Source: Eledone cirrhosa
Taxonomy: Eukaryota
Length of the DNA: 64,000 nt
Assembly (NCBI GenBank): GCA_964016885.1
Contig: OZ024740.1
Coordinates: forward strand, 71,486,001 to 71,550,000
Direction: 5' to 3'
Positions 37,246 through 50,727 of the stretch are shown here, piece by piece. Every line of letters begins with the position of its first letter. Position 1 is the first letter of the stretch. The notes beneath the pieces were generated by a model, which was given only the letters and a program-made list of their open reading frames with translations, was not told the DNA's origin and did not search any database. The position numbers and the translations under genes were made by a program.

Positions 37246-37657
37246 AATTCTGATTTTGTTGAAAATCCTTTCCCACAAGGTTTACAGTGTATGTCTTAAT
37301 GTGTCTTTTCAGAACAAAACTACTATAAAAATGCTTGTCACATAACTTACAAGAGAAAAGTTTTTCTCCAGAGTGTGTTTTATTATGTATCCTAAGTACC
37401 GATTTTCTTAAATATCGCTTATCACATAGTTCACATTGAAATGGCTTTTCTCCGGTGTGAAACTGCATATGTATCAGTAGTTCTGATTTCTTATGGAACT
37501 TTTTTTCACAGGATATTCACTTTATTTTGTGTCTTCTCGTAGATATTATTTTTTTCTTCGTTGTTAACACATTTGTTTTTGGAGTTGTTGGTTTGTTTTC
37601 ATCCAGTTCCCCTTGGGAATCATTTGAAGTCACACTCAATGAATTTTTCTCTGTCAT
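36037..37657 (-). pseudogene. paralog of the 632-aa ZNF with a disrupted 5' part
   Basis: Same MTEKNSLS start at 37657; CGA>TGA at 37517-37519; finger 3 and fingers 5-6 deleted; frameshifts. Confidence 0.9.
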
Positions 37658-39254
37658 GTCAGCACATCAGAGAAAGAATTTGAAGAGTAAAAAGAATTGT
37701 TTTGTAGAGTTATACACTTCATGTCAAAACCTACTTTCAGTATGTATTATTGAGGTAAATAATATCTGTTAAGTGAGTGGAACCATTTGAAGTTTAATGG
37801 GAGGCTATAACTTCTTGGAGAACACTGAAGTTAAGTGGATGCAATATTTATTTTACACTGTATTAGACAAGTAAGAGAAAAGAAAACCTCCCCAGGCTTC
37901 TGCCACAGAGTTGTTTGTTGATATCTTTCAAGAAAGAATGAGTAAAATGAAATTATGTATATAGAACTTCTCCATCATTTGATGTACTTTGGATAAAACT
38001 ACTGTTTTGGTTTAAAGTCATCTGTTTATTGAATAAAATTACTTCATTTTAAAACATTATTTCATAATCCACATTCTGAAAATACAAGAACACATTTTTT
38101 TAAAATCATTATTTCTAACACTAAGTGGATTGGTTTATTCAATTTCAAATGAAATTTAATTCTTACAATTCTGTGATTAGAAAATCACAAGATCAGCCTC
38201 AACTGACCTTATAAAGGTTGGAAGGGAAGAATGGCACCAACTTTAGACCAACATTTTCAACAATTCAACTAAATATCTTTCATTTTCAAGACTATTAGGA
38301 TAGGGAACTAATATACATATAAACATATATAAGAAGTTTGATGCTGCAAGACAAAGAATGCACAGTCCCTAAATATTAAGTATTTATATGTATGTAAGGT
38401 CCCATAACTCCTAATGGAGTTGTAGGGATGGCGTATTGAGATACAGCGTTTCTAGGGTGCCTTTTAAAAACTTTGCAGAGCCTATCTCCACTCCAGGTCT
38501 GAATACAGTGGCTTTCTTCCAGAGAAGGATAGGGAGAGTGACAGAAAGGATATGAGAAAGAGATATAGAGGAAGAATCGGCTCCAGTACTTGACTGGTAC
38601 TTTTTTTTTTATCGACCTCAAATGGATGAAAGGCAAAGTTGATCATGGCAGGATTTGAACTCTGAGAGCAGAAAGCTGAAATGAATAAGGCAAAGCATTC
38701 TATCTGACGTTCTAATGATTCTGTCAATTTGCCCCCATAGGTATTTATATCGTATATCTAATTGATATTGAGAAAAAAAGGTTAGATTAAAATATCTCAA
38801 TTGCTTAAAAGTCAGAGGTGAGTGGATTCTGACGAGTTGTTAAATAATAAAACTGATCAATCCTATCCTCACCCTAATCTCTACCAAAAAAGCCCCCAGC
38901 GGGTCTAATTTTATGACAACACTAAATACCTATGGATACATGACGCTATATATCTAATAAAACCTTGTACAGAAACTGAATTCTTTGGACTAGACACTTG
39001 GTCAATTTTGAGGGGAAGTTAGTTGACCAGATCAACTGCAGTAGATAGATGTCTGAAGGGTTAGGGGAAAGATAAGATGGTCATAGGTCTACTTAATTGT
39101 AGCTAACGTAGTACTAAACAACTAATGATGTTTAACATTAAAATAACAGCCAGGGAAGATAACTCACAAAGTATCCCCAAAGTAACGTTTTCCGAAAATA
39201 AGGTCGAAGATGACACTCTTGAAGTGTTTTCCACATTGTAGAATAAATACTACA

Positions 39255-40039
39255 GGTAAACCTTAAGTTTCACGTCGGATATGAAATTTATTTTCATTTC
39301 GTGTGTGTTGAAACAAAAAAATAACATATTGAAACGTTTATTGCACCATATAAATTGCTCCAATGCAGTTTATCATCTCGCCAAACTTGTTGGCACCAAC
39401 TCTCTGCCGCCAAAGAAATTCTGCAATATACGATTGAAATAAAGCAGCGCTGGTACCATGCTGACGACGAAGCTTCTTCTTTGCACGCATCCACGTGTTC
39501 TCTATTAGCTGGGTGTGTACTTCAGGGTCCGCAGGATCTATAAAGATCCGTCCGTGCACAACATCATGAATGTAAATCCCACCTCCAATTTGATCCAGTT
39601 CAGCATACGAAGCCCAACCGTCGGAGATGATGCGGCTGCCTGGCAAAATCCAATGTTGAATAATGGGGAGGAGAGTGTCACGGCGTCGATTTAGGATTTC
39701 TACAAGGCAGCAGCGTCCAGAATGGCGATCAACAGCGCCAAAGACCCATGGCCTTGTCTCCGCTGGCCACGATGATACTTTCTATGGAAGTATTTGCTCT
39801 CGTCGATCGCCAGCCAGCCACTGTAACACAGACAGATTGTCACCGTGTATCGCAGGTATAAGAGTAAGAAGTGTAATATTCTCATTAAGAATGTCATTTG
39901 CATCCAAAACATCATCAACTAACGTAGTGCGAGCACGTAGTCGTCCAACCATTTTTTGTATTCAGATAAACAACAATATTCTTTAATGAATCGAAAATGA
40001 AAATAAATTTCATTTCCGACGTGAAACTTAAGGTTTACC
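39255..40039 (-). mobile_element. Merlin (ISXO2/IS1016-like) DNA transposon, internally deleted
   Basis: TIRs ggtaaaccttaagtttcacgtcgga / tccgacgtgaaacttaaggtttacc; TSD aatactaca/aatactact; IDES..HRKYHRG, ISDGWASY, HTQLIENTW; empty site at about 23815. Confidence 0.93.
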
Positions 40040-40713
40040 AATACTACTTTAATTTGCCTTCTACTCTTTTGTCAAGTATTGGTTTAAATACAAAACAGAG
40101 AGCTTTCTTATCAAATAAATCACTCGGGGAAAACATTCCACAAATAAATATTTCAGTTAATCGATTAGAAAAAAAAACACGGCGAAAATATACAACTTGA
40201 ATTTCTGCTGTTTCATTCACTTTCATTTTATATACATAAAGCGAAACTTATACATAGTATAAGCGAAATTTATACATATGAGTTCAAATCCCGCCGAGGT
40301 TAACTTTGCCTTTCATCCTTACGGGGTCGATAAAATAAAGTACCAGTAATGTACTGGGTGATTTGCTGGCCTTGTGCCAATAGTAGAAAAAATTATCTAT
40401 TATATATAAATTATTGATTTTATTTATTATATATTATTTACAATTTGCGTGTAGGCAGGTCTCATTGGAAATAGGGTTGGGAACGCTGAGGGTATTATGT
40501 GGACACGAGGGTGGGGGAGGGTAACAAAAAAAACCTGAGAACCTCTAAATTAGTGTTTACCCCCACCCCGGCTAAAAGACAACTCAAATATACCTATATT
40601 AGAGAGATGGACGATCGACGAATCGTTCAATGAGTGTCCGCCCTCACTTTATTGTGGAGTAATGATATTTAAGATAGAAATTTATGTTGTCTCTAATTGA
40701 AATATGATGCAGT

Positions 40714-41097
40714 TTTTTTTTTTCTAATATGGAAATAATTTTATTAATGCATAACCGTAACATAATATTACAAATAGAAAGAGAAAAAAAACACACACAA
40801 GCAGGTAATACACACATCTAGGACCACATACAACAAAAGTCAGGCGAAAGGGGCGGACAAACGAACCACTACCAGAGCAAAAGCTAATATCGCAAGGAGC
40901 ACTGGGAAACCTCTCTAATAATTTTTGAAGCAAGTCAGCGCGCTCGCAGCGTTACCTCGGGGGATACGCTGGAATAGCCAAGTGCCCTCACGAGCATCAT
41001 CAGTTACCTCGGTTAGGCAAGCCGCCAGTGAAGACAAGAACCTTGCAGTTAGCAGCCCAACATCCCTAAACGTCTCGAACGTCACAGGCTGGAAAAT
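40714..41097 (-). mobile_element. poly(A)-tailed retroelement 3' end, unclassified
   Basis: T-run at the left edge; absent at the paralogous site near 24385. Confidence 0.7.
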
Positions 41098-41235
41098 GTA
41101 GTTGGGAGAATCTAGTTGACATACTGAGCTGAGGTTAAGTAGTTATATATAATCTTCACAATACACCAGGTATATAACAAGTTTTTCGTTATATTTACGC
41201 ACAACCAGTCAGTAAACATGCCGTAACGATAGAAA

Positions 41236-41336
41236 GGCGATATCCAATTTTAGTGGACTAAATGCTGCTTACGTGCTGTAGTTGCTGTTTACTTCAATGT
41301 ATGAGGCTATTCCAACCACTAAAATTGGATATCGCC
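41236..41336. mobile_element. 101-bp MITE, probably Merlin-type; truncated copy at 42301-42380
   Basis: Perfect 21-bp TIR ggcgatatccaattttagtgg; TSD gatagaaa/gaaagaaa; empty site at about 24520. Confidence 0.88.
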
Positions 41337-42460
41337 GAAAGAAATCATCTTTTCAACGTTGCTGAAACTTTACCCTAACTTTGATCATCCATGCTAACTT
41401 TTCAGTGATGCAATTAATTTATTTAGAGCACACAAGTCTAAAATATGTACCTAAATGTTGTTGGTTGGCCCAATACCTTTATCAAACCTGTTACAGCCAC
41501 GGCCACAACCACCGCGTCTTTTTTTTTTTTTTTTTTTTTTTTTCTTCATGTATAGTAAGTATATTTAGGACATTATCCAATATATCCTTTCTTTTCAGAA
41601 CGGAAATTTGGTTGCTACTTCTCCTAGGACTACGTATGTTGATAAATAATTGTTTCTACTTTAGGCACAAGGCCAGCAATTACCCAGTGCATTATTGGTA
41701 CTTTATTTTATCGACCCCATAAGGATGAAAGGCAAAGTCAACCTCGGCGGGATTTGAACTCAGATCGTAAAGGGACGTAACTATGCTGGAAAGCATGGCG
41801 TCCGACCCTCTACTGATACTGCCAATCCACCGCCCTTTGTATGTTGATAAATAATACAAAGAGAAAAGAAAAACATAACCAAATATCAAGAAATAAAAAT
41901 ACTTACAAAATTTGTCCCCCCTTGTAAAAATAACATATTTGAGATAGTGTAGGAGGGCTACAATCTTGGATTTATCTTTCTATTGAGTCCTCCTTCAGTC
42001 CGCTTCAGAGTAGTTAGCGCAGGCGCATTGAATTCGCGTTCAACAAGTGCGATTTAAAAAGATTTTCAGTGCAAAGTTCTAATTGAATGTAAATAATATA
42101 TATAATAACGATATTAATTCAATTGTAAATTAAGGTGTGTATATAACGATTCGAATATAGCGAAGACTCTGGAGTTGTTTATATACATAGACAAACATGT
42201 ATGGGTGTTATGGGTGTAGAAATGTTTCCGCAGTTTTTAAACACGGTTTTTAAAAAAGTTTATTGTGACAGACATGCACACATTTCATAACTTTTCTTTG
42301 GGCGATATCCAATTTTAGCTGCCTAAATGCCGCTTACTTGCTGCAGTTGCTGCTTACTTCAATGTATGAGGCTATTCCAACAAATTTACATTCCCCCTTT
42401 TTTTAGCCGTTAAAAGAAATATAGATTTATTTATTTATTTATTTTTTGCGATTTATTTGC

Positions 42461-42905
42461 CACTGGGTCATAGATTTCTTTATTTGCCCCTTTTTTGTTT
42501 GTTTGTTTGTTTTTTTGCGATTTATTAGCCTTTTGGGGTCACACACACCCCCGTAGAAAGTGTGCGACCTTTCTGCCAGGGAGCACAGAGAGAGGGGGGT
42601 GCTCCCTTCTTCTCTTACCTGTACAAGCCGATATAGAGAGATGGCCCACTTACACGGGCAATTATTGCTACTTTCACCCATCTTTCATGGAATTGGCTGG
42701 GACTTAGCAATAATTGCCCGTGTAAGTGGCCCATCTCTCTATATCGGCTTGTACAGGTAAGAGAAGAAGGGAGCACCCCCTCTCTCTGTGCTCCCTGGCA
42801 GAAAGGTCGCACACTTTCTACGGGGGTGTGTGTGACCCCAAAAGGCTAATAAATCGCAAAAAAAGAAACAAAAAAGGGGCAAATAAAGAAATCTATGCCC
42901 CTGTG
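42461..42905. repeat. ~200-bp-arm inverted repeat (fold-back)
   Basis: 42469-42670 is the reverse complement of 42705-42897 apart from one substitution and a gttt slippage; 34-nt spacer. Confidence 0.95.
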
Positions 42906-43260
42906 TTGCGTCCTCGCAGAAACTCAATGATAGAGTCGAACAGTTCAAAGAAGTGAGTGAGGCACTTGCCCTTTGAAAGCCACCTCACCTCATTATGAAG
43001 GAGCAACTTGACGAATTCTTCGTCATTATCTTGGCACAGTTGCCGGAAAATTCGTTCATTGAGGGAATGCCATTTGATAAAATTGATGACATCAATGGCC
43101 ACCTGCAAGGACTTTCTCAGCGGCCAAGTGTTGTCGATGAATGACACAATGAACAACAAATACAGATAGATTTTCTCTCTTCAGAAGAGTGACGAAACCC
43201 TTATGTTGGCCGGCCATTGCTCTTGCGTCATCCATGACACATGATACAATGTGTTGTAAG
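42906..43260 (-). mobile_element. hAT (Charlie/Buster/ZBED5-like) transposase fragment
   Basis: HCVIHRQHLAA, VINFIK..SLNERIFRQLC, LLLHNEVRWLSKGKCL. Confidence 0.88.
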
Positions 43261-43268
43261 TAGTTCAA

Positions 43269-43630
43269 GATGTATGTATTACCTGCTTATGTATTGCATG
43301 TGGTCCCAGCTGTATGTATTACCTGCTTGTGTGTTGTATGTGGTCCTAGATGTGTGTATTACCTCCTTATGTGTTGTATATGGTCCTAGATGTATGTATT
43401 ACCTGATTATGTGATGTATATGGTTCTAGATGTTTGTATTACCTGTTTATATGTTGTATGTGGTCCGAAATGTATGTATTACCTGCCTGTGTGTTGTATG
43501 CGGTCCTAGATGTGTATATTACCTCATTATGTGGTCCTAGATGTGTGTATTACCTACTTTATGTGTTGTATGTGGTCCTAGATGTGTGTGCTACCCGCTT
43601 CTGTTTTTTTTTCTTTTTTTATTTGTAATA
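43269..43630 (+). repeat. 40-bp minisatellite, about 8.5 copies
   Basis: Unit gatgtgtgtattacctgcttatgtgttgtatgtggtccta. Confidence 0.92.
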
Positions 43631-43868
43631 TTATTTATACAATAGGAAATAAAATAGATCTACATAGTGTTAACTCGTTACGGTTGAGTCAATAATATCA
43701 GTGAAGGAAAGACAAGATTCTAACTGGCTGCGCTCAAAGTGTTCTTGACCCAGTTGACTGTGGGTTTTTCCATTATTATGGTCTCAATTGCCGATTAATC
43801 TCTAGACACTCCTGCACACCTGCGGTCAGACTATAGTTATGCTGGCTGCATGCTCATTCAAATGCATT

Positions 43869-44244
43869 TATAACAGCGACACTGGGTTGTATGAATATAA
43901 CAAGACACTCTGTTGTATGTACAATATTTATTTAACAAGGTTGAGCTATGTAGAGCAGAATAGTTGACATGCCAAGAGAGATGAAAGGATGAATTAAAGT
44001 TATTTGTTACCGTTTTGAAGTCATCGCGTATTAGACCAAGAGGTCTTTACATTACCATGTTCAGGTTGCCAGAGAGTATACCCTCTGGCAGAACGCGCCT
44101 GGCCGAAGGGCCAGGCAGGTTAAAAGAGAGGGAGACAGCTTTCAGCTCTCTCCTTTATAGGGTCCCTGGACGGAAGTGACAAAGAAGGCTCTGCAACCTC
44201 AACGGGAAGTAACTCCAGCTACTTCCTGTCTAGAGAGCGCTACT
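43869..44244 (-). mobile_element. solo LTR related to elements C and A/B
   Basis: Minus strand starts .gtagcgctctctagacaggaagtagctgg (as at 14971) and ends ctgttata; no clear TSD. Confidence 0.88.
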
Positions 44245-45929
44245 GATGATGTGATCGTAACAAAGGAGGCAACTCTTGCTACACATTCACTCTGGCTGTC
44301 TCAAAGACATACAAATATGGCTTATAAAACTTACCAAAGTAAAGAGCCTTCCTGTGTCGCCCAAAACTCCAAACGCCACCCCCCTAACGCCCCTTGCTCC
44401 GAAATGCCCCCCGGGGGTGCATATGCCCCCCCCCCCCCGTTGAGAACCTTTGATACAGTACATAACAGCAAGGAAGCTGTGTTGTCTAAGAGAAGAGGCA
44501 GATGACTGAGCGTGGTTAAAATGCAGATGGAAGAATTGATGTCGGGCCCTTGTCAGAGGGACGAAGTATTTTTTGCTTAGTGCTACACCTCACTACTCTT
44601 TTGAGCAACTCAAAGTGATCCTTCCCTTCCGGGAAACCAGAGTTGAATGACCCAAAGAAAAACTTATCTCATTTAACCTCAAGTTGGCCAGCCTCTCCAG
44701 ACCATTGATGTCAACCTGAGATAAAGAGAAATAGCAGCCAGATCTCATTTGGGGGGTCAGTATGTGCGAAGAGATTTCGCTACATATATATATCGTCTAA
44801 TTAAAATTTAATATATTTAACATGTATGTGCGGCCTTAGGGTTCTGGGCCCAGTTATGGTCATCACTGTATAGTGGATGAGCAGTTTCAATACTGGCCTC
44901 TCATCGGGCGCCAGGACAAAATTACGAAAAAAAACCGTTAGCCCACTAAATTTGTTTTTAATACAAATTTAGTGGGCTCACGCTATTTTGGCAAGTGCAG
45001 AGGCGAGACAAATGCTTCAGCGATGAAGTTACAAGAATATTCAAACATGTCTGGAGTCGTTTTCCGTATTTGTTCCGAAAATGGTAAATAAAATTAAAAA
45101 AAATTATTATTATTATTTACTGAAATTTATAGGTTTTCACCCCTACCGTTTATCAATTTCTAGATAGCTTTATAATATTTCATACATGACATATGTTAAT
45201 TCTAACTTATCAAATTATGTCTTACACTATTCCACCTTGTCCCACAACCTTGTGCAGTGAAATTCAATTAGGAATCGATAAAATAAATACTAGTAACAAA
45301 AGTAATTCAACTGACTACATCTTTAGTACAACTTAGCACTTGGCTGTTGATGCTCTGTGAGAACAGTAACTAGAGCTGATTAGAAAAAATTCAGTTGTTT
45401 TCCGTACTCAACTCGAAGTTATGGTAGGAGATTGAACTCAGTGTTGTGTTGTATTTGTTCCGAAAATGGAAAAAAAATCGTTATTATAGAATATAATATA
45501 ATGTTGTTATAATAAAAATAATAAATAAATAATATTAAATGATATCGATCTCCCTCTCTCACGTTCATCTATTTCTAGTTCGATTTTAATGTGTTCCAAG
45601 TAATAAATAAAGGGAAAGTAATTATTTAGTCTTTAATAGTTATTTCCCTTTAGACAGTGACGCTTCACAATTCTAAAGGAGGGATCCTGAGTAGAGTGGG
45701 AGGGTGGGTAGTGACCTCAAAGTGTTAGGATTTAAGATAAGTGGAGGTGATCAGAGATAGAATAGGGTGGAGGTGTACACTGATTCTGAAAATAGCAACT
45801 ATGAGGGCTGTGGTTGTGGCTTGTTGGGGATATGAAAGGAGTAAGATGTGCAGTGATAAGGAGGATAGCTACTAAGAGGTGATAGTGGGAGGTAAGGTGG
45901 CACATGGACGAGTCAGGTTTGGTTTTAGG

Positions 45930-46625
45930 TCCACTTCTCCATGGTTGCATGGGTTGGATGGGTTCTTATTAGCACAGCTTCCCTCCACTTGTAGTGTTCC
46001 TTCGTTATCTCTTCTGTTGGGTGCAGCATTTTGAAATCAACTATAACTTCCTTTGCCCAGGTTTTTTCTTGATCTCTCTCTACTGCAAATTCCTTCCATT
46101 AGCATCTATTGGCATTTCTTCACCTAGTGATCATCATCCACATGCATCACATCTTCATACCAACACAGTCTTTTCTCTTGTACAAGTACACATCCGATTC
46201 CTCTTAAACATAACTTTTCTCTTAGTCCATCCACATTAACATTGCACATCTAATTGAGCATGCCCCTTCATATCTTTCCAACCTCCATATATCTTCTACA
46301 TTTACAACCCATATCTCATTGCTATGCAACATCACATTTTTCATGCAGGCATCATACAAACTAGTATTTGCTCAAAGAGAAAATCACTTTGTTGTCAGCA
46401 AAGGCAATAGCTCTCTGAATTTTTTCCAGCTTGTTATTATTTTAATTACAATGCTTTCAGAGCAACCACCTCCACTGCTAATTTGGTCACTTAAGTGACA
46501 GAAACTATCAACTACTTCTATGATACTTTCCTAGGATTGGAAAAAAAATTCACTGTTACTCTCACTGCAACGGCCACATGCGAAGTCTATCTTTTCTGTT
46601 AGCCTGCCTACAATCCCACTATGCC
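45930..46625 (-). mobile_element. old RTE LINE 3' fragment
   Basis: Degenerate match to the DQISSGGGCSE / WKKFRELLPL region and the tail. Confidence 0.7.
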
Positions 46626-48399
46626 TCAGCCTGGGTGGTTCAAAACAATATGATTTATGTTCAGATTGAAGAGCTTTAAGTCAGTAATTCAGAAGTTGTA
46701 GTGGTTCAGTGAATGAATCTGCCAAGTTGTCAATATACCTTTTGTGTGTGTGTGTGTTTGTGTATGTGCGTGTGTGTGTGTGTGTATGCGTGTGCGTGTG
46801 CGTGTGTGGCAGCACCAACTTAGGTCTTACATGTGCTTTGTGGAGAATCAGCAATCAATCAGAGCTGAAGTATTTTTTCATGCTAAAGAGAAAGGCTAAA
46901 CTATGGGGTGTAATATTAGGTATGTTAAATATGGCAGATAGCCAGGAAAGATAATTAAAGTTTGTAATATTTAGTATTTGTTAAATTGTCTTAGTTGAAT
47001 GTTATTCAAGACTAGAGAGGATTAGGTACGTGGATACTTCCTTAATATAAGGAATAATTGTGTCACTTACAAATATTTATGGGAATTGTAAAATTTTCCA
47101 CTTTCAATTTGCCAGCAGTGGCTCCTGATATATATATATATTATTTTTAAAAAGTTAGGAAACATCTTCAACCTTGTCAATGCTTTTCAATCAAGTAACG
47201 GATTTATTTCAAATTTTCTCAGAGGGTTCAGACATATGTCATGACATGGAAAATAGGATTCCTGTGGAAATTCTGTAGGTAGCTTCCAGATTATTCCATA
47301 ACTCAGCATTACCCTCCAATATTCTCGATGCATACTCTTTGAATGGTTAATCATACAATTTTACAATTCAAAGAAAGAAACATACTTTTTAATAATATGG
47401 TGAGCCTCATAATACATGGGGTAGTTGTATCATTGGGATACCACTGCATCTTTTCCCCACAACTCTCCAAGATGAAGTGCACACTACTATTTATTTATTC
47501 ATTTAATCAAGTTAAAAGTCCGTATAATTAGTTATTACAGACAAGGAGAAGTATCACATACCACTTCCAATAAAGAAACAAAAATAAGAGAAAAAAATCT
47601 GTCAGTTTTCAGTGTTTCTGCTGTTTACAGCAATAATTTGTTCTTAAATTGTATTATTGTAGTCGATATATTTTATTTCTTGTGTGATCAGGGTAAATCA
47701 CATACTCAAGGGTTCATCATCATCATCATAATGAACACTTACTCACTTGCATTCTCTGGTCATACTGTATCAGGCACGCCAACGTTCTTTTGCCTACATT
47801 CTACACTACAGTGACTGTGAAACAGCAATTCACAAGTGAGTACACATAACCGAATCAACACCACAACACATCATCATCTCAACCCAACAGTTAACACATT
47901 ATAACAAGACCACTTTAACAATTCGGTGAATCCACTAGACTGAATTGGTATTATCAATATATTTTATGAAGTATGAAACTCAAAGTTGACTTTGCCAGGA
48001 TTTGAACTCAGACTGTAAAGAGGTGGAAACAACTGCTGCAAAAATGTATGTCCACTGCTCTAATGATTTGTTTGATGTTTGCATGTTAAGGCTATATTAT
48101 CTAATATGTGCTTCCATCTTTTAAGACAGTACTGTGTGATGTGATATGAGGAAGTTTTAGCTGCTAATTCCAGCAGGTCAAGTGCACCAGAGTACATGGT
48201 ATGGACATGTATGGTGTGTGGTGTGTAACAAAATGTAGTAAGAAATCAATAAAGCATATGAAAAAAAGTCTAAGAATATTTTCACCTCATAAATAAGCTG
48301 AATTAGCCCTGAAATAATTTCAGAGAGTCTCTACTGAAGACTTGTTTAAACCATTTTAACATGGAGGAGGGGTGGGTGACAGACATTCAGACAACAACT

Positions 48400-48700
48400 A
48401 AATGATAATGATGATGATGATGGCGATAATGGAGGTGGTTGGTCGTCGTTGTGGTGGTGTTGGTCATTGTTGAGGTGGGAGTGGTGATGGAGGTGGTGTT
48501 GGTGTTGGGAGTGAGGATGTTGTTGATCGTGATGGTGTGGGTGTTGGTTGTGGTAGTGGTGGTGATGGTGGTTTTGGTGATGATGATGATGGTGGGTGGT
48601 CATTATGTTGTTAGTGGTGGTGTTGACGATGATGATGATAGTGATGGTGGTGGTGACGGTGGTGGATGGTTGTTATGATGGTATTGTTGATGTCTTTGAT
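48400..48700. repeat. (GGT/GAT)n low-complexity tract
   Basis: Direct reading. Confidence 0.9.
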
Positions 48701-48946
48701 GGTTAGGTCTTTTTCCTTATTTGGTCATGATTCCTAATATCACCAATTTGTAATGTTAACAATATTGTACAAATGATAATAAAGACAGGTTTGTTGAGTT
48801 GAGCCAGTTGAAATTCAAACTACTTCAATAAAGAGGGCTGGTGAATTTGAGAAATAATCAGAAAAAAAATCTACATTTATGTATATATTTTATAATTTTT
48901 CAGACTTTTTATTAATGGAGACATTTCTTGGAGCTAGTATGATTAT

Positions 48947-49139
48947 TACCATATATACTCCAATATAATATGAGGAATATGTGACAAAATAATCGATGGT
49001 AAAATGGTGGGGTTGGCTTATGTTCACCATCTAAACATTAGTGTGTTGATTAGTTGCCTCAGCTTATAAATGGGGTTTGAATTTTGCCCATTTCTCAGAC
49101 ATAAAATAGGGGTTGGCTTATATTTGAGTATATACAGTA
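48947..49139. mobile_element. pogo/Tigger-type MITE
   Basis: Ends taccatatatactccaatataa / ttatatttgagtatatacagta with TA flanks. Confidence 0.7.
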
Positions 49140-49532
49140 ATTTGTTAAGTACCGTAAGTTCATTAAATCTTAACTATTCTCAATAATTCACAAGTTTTCA
49201 TACGTGTGTATATGTATAGAGGAAAATTATGCATCTGTGTATATATTTAGTACATGTTTTACTGGAATATAGTAATATTGTTTTTTTAATTTAGGAACAA
49301 GCCCAACAAATATGTAGGAAGAGCAAAGTTGATTAAATTAACCCCAGTACTTGGCTAGTACTTTATTTTATCAACCCCTTAAGGATGAAAAGCAAAGTTG
49401 ACCTTAAAAGGATTTGAATTTAGAAAGTAAGAATCAGAACAAATACAGTGATAATATCTGATGCTCTATCAATTCTACCAATCCACCATTCTTGGAATGT
49501 ACTAATATTAGTAGCTATTGGTCTATGTATAG

Positions 49533-49676
49533 CAGGGGTCAGAAACATGTGGACTGTGGACCACAAGTGAGTCACCTAAGTTTTCTTTGTGGGTCTCAGA
49601 TTTTTTAAACTTTTTAAATGTAAGACATAATATACTGTACATGTGGGCCATTACAAAAAGAAATTGCTCCTCCCTG
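49533..49676. mobile_element. old hAT-type MITE
   Basis: caggggtc...cccctg-like ends; decayed 8-bp TSD atgtatag/atctaaag. Confidence 0.6.
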
Positions 49677-50696
49677 ATCTAAAGAGGCATATTAACAAAA
49701 ATAAGTATACTGTCAGAGCAAGCAGACAGATAGAAAGATAGAGAGACAAACAGACAGACACACTCACATTCATGACTACATTGTTGATATTATCTAAATT
49801 CTAAATGAAAGAGCCTTGTTTCCTATGGGTATTGTTAGAACTGAACAAGGCAGTCATACAGATCCAACAGTTGATCAGAGTTAAAGAGAAGAGAAACAAC
49901 CAATATTTATGTTGTTGTTGTTGTTTAGTGGCTGGTCAACCATGAACAGGTAGACCTATGATCAAAGATATTCCATATGTGAACATCCTGTTCTTTTAGG
50001 GATATTTTGGACTACATTATCCAATGTGTGTTTTTTCCATTTTTTAATTTGGTAGGGTGTGATTTGAGGGAGATTTGGTTGTTATTTATAGCAGGAGTAT
50101 ATAGAGGCTCTTTGTTAGCTTGTCATATGCTATCCTGTTGACAGTGTATTGAGGGCTAGATAGTAGCTCTGAAACATTGCTGAATTTAGAATTAATAAGA
50201 TCTTAAGTTATGTAAAGCTTAGATATCTCTTGTTAAAAATTCCATTAAAAGATCTCACAAAAATTGAAAACATCTTTTAATTATCTAAGGCCCTAAGCTG
50301 TAGCTTGTTTAGCTTATGCTAAAATTTAGCATTTCTCTGAAACAATAACCACTGCACAGAAAGTATTTGAACATCTATCTTGCTGAAGTTTATAGGCATA
50401 AAAATGTGTCATCTTGTTACTGAACTTGAAAATAGATGTGGAATGTAAACTGATACAAATTTCTGATATTTAGCAACTTTAAGCGAATATAATATTGTTG
50501 TTAATTGAGAAGACTAAATTATGGATATCTAAAAATATCAATATAAAAAAGATAAATGCAGTATTTTAATGGTATAAACCTGCCATGGGCAAACTGCGGC
50601 TTGCTTGGCTTTCTGAATGGCATGCCTAATTAGAAATTACCATGAACATTTTTAGTAATGCGGCTTACCGTATGATGAACCACATTCCATGCAGCC

Positions 50697-50727
<31 letters not shown>

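Noticed and set aside
48346-48678. His-rich and Val-rich ORFs; also the Asp-rich ORF at 63705-63929
   Set aside because: Translations of simple trinucleotide repeats
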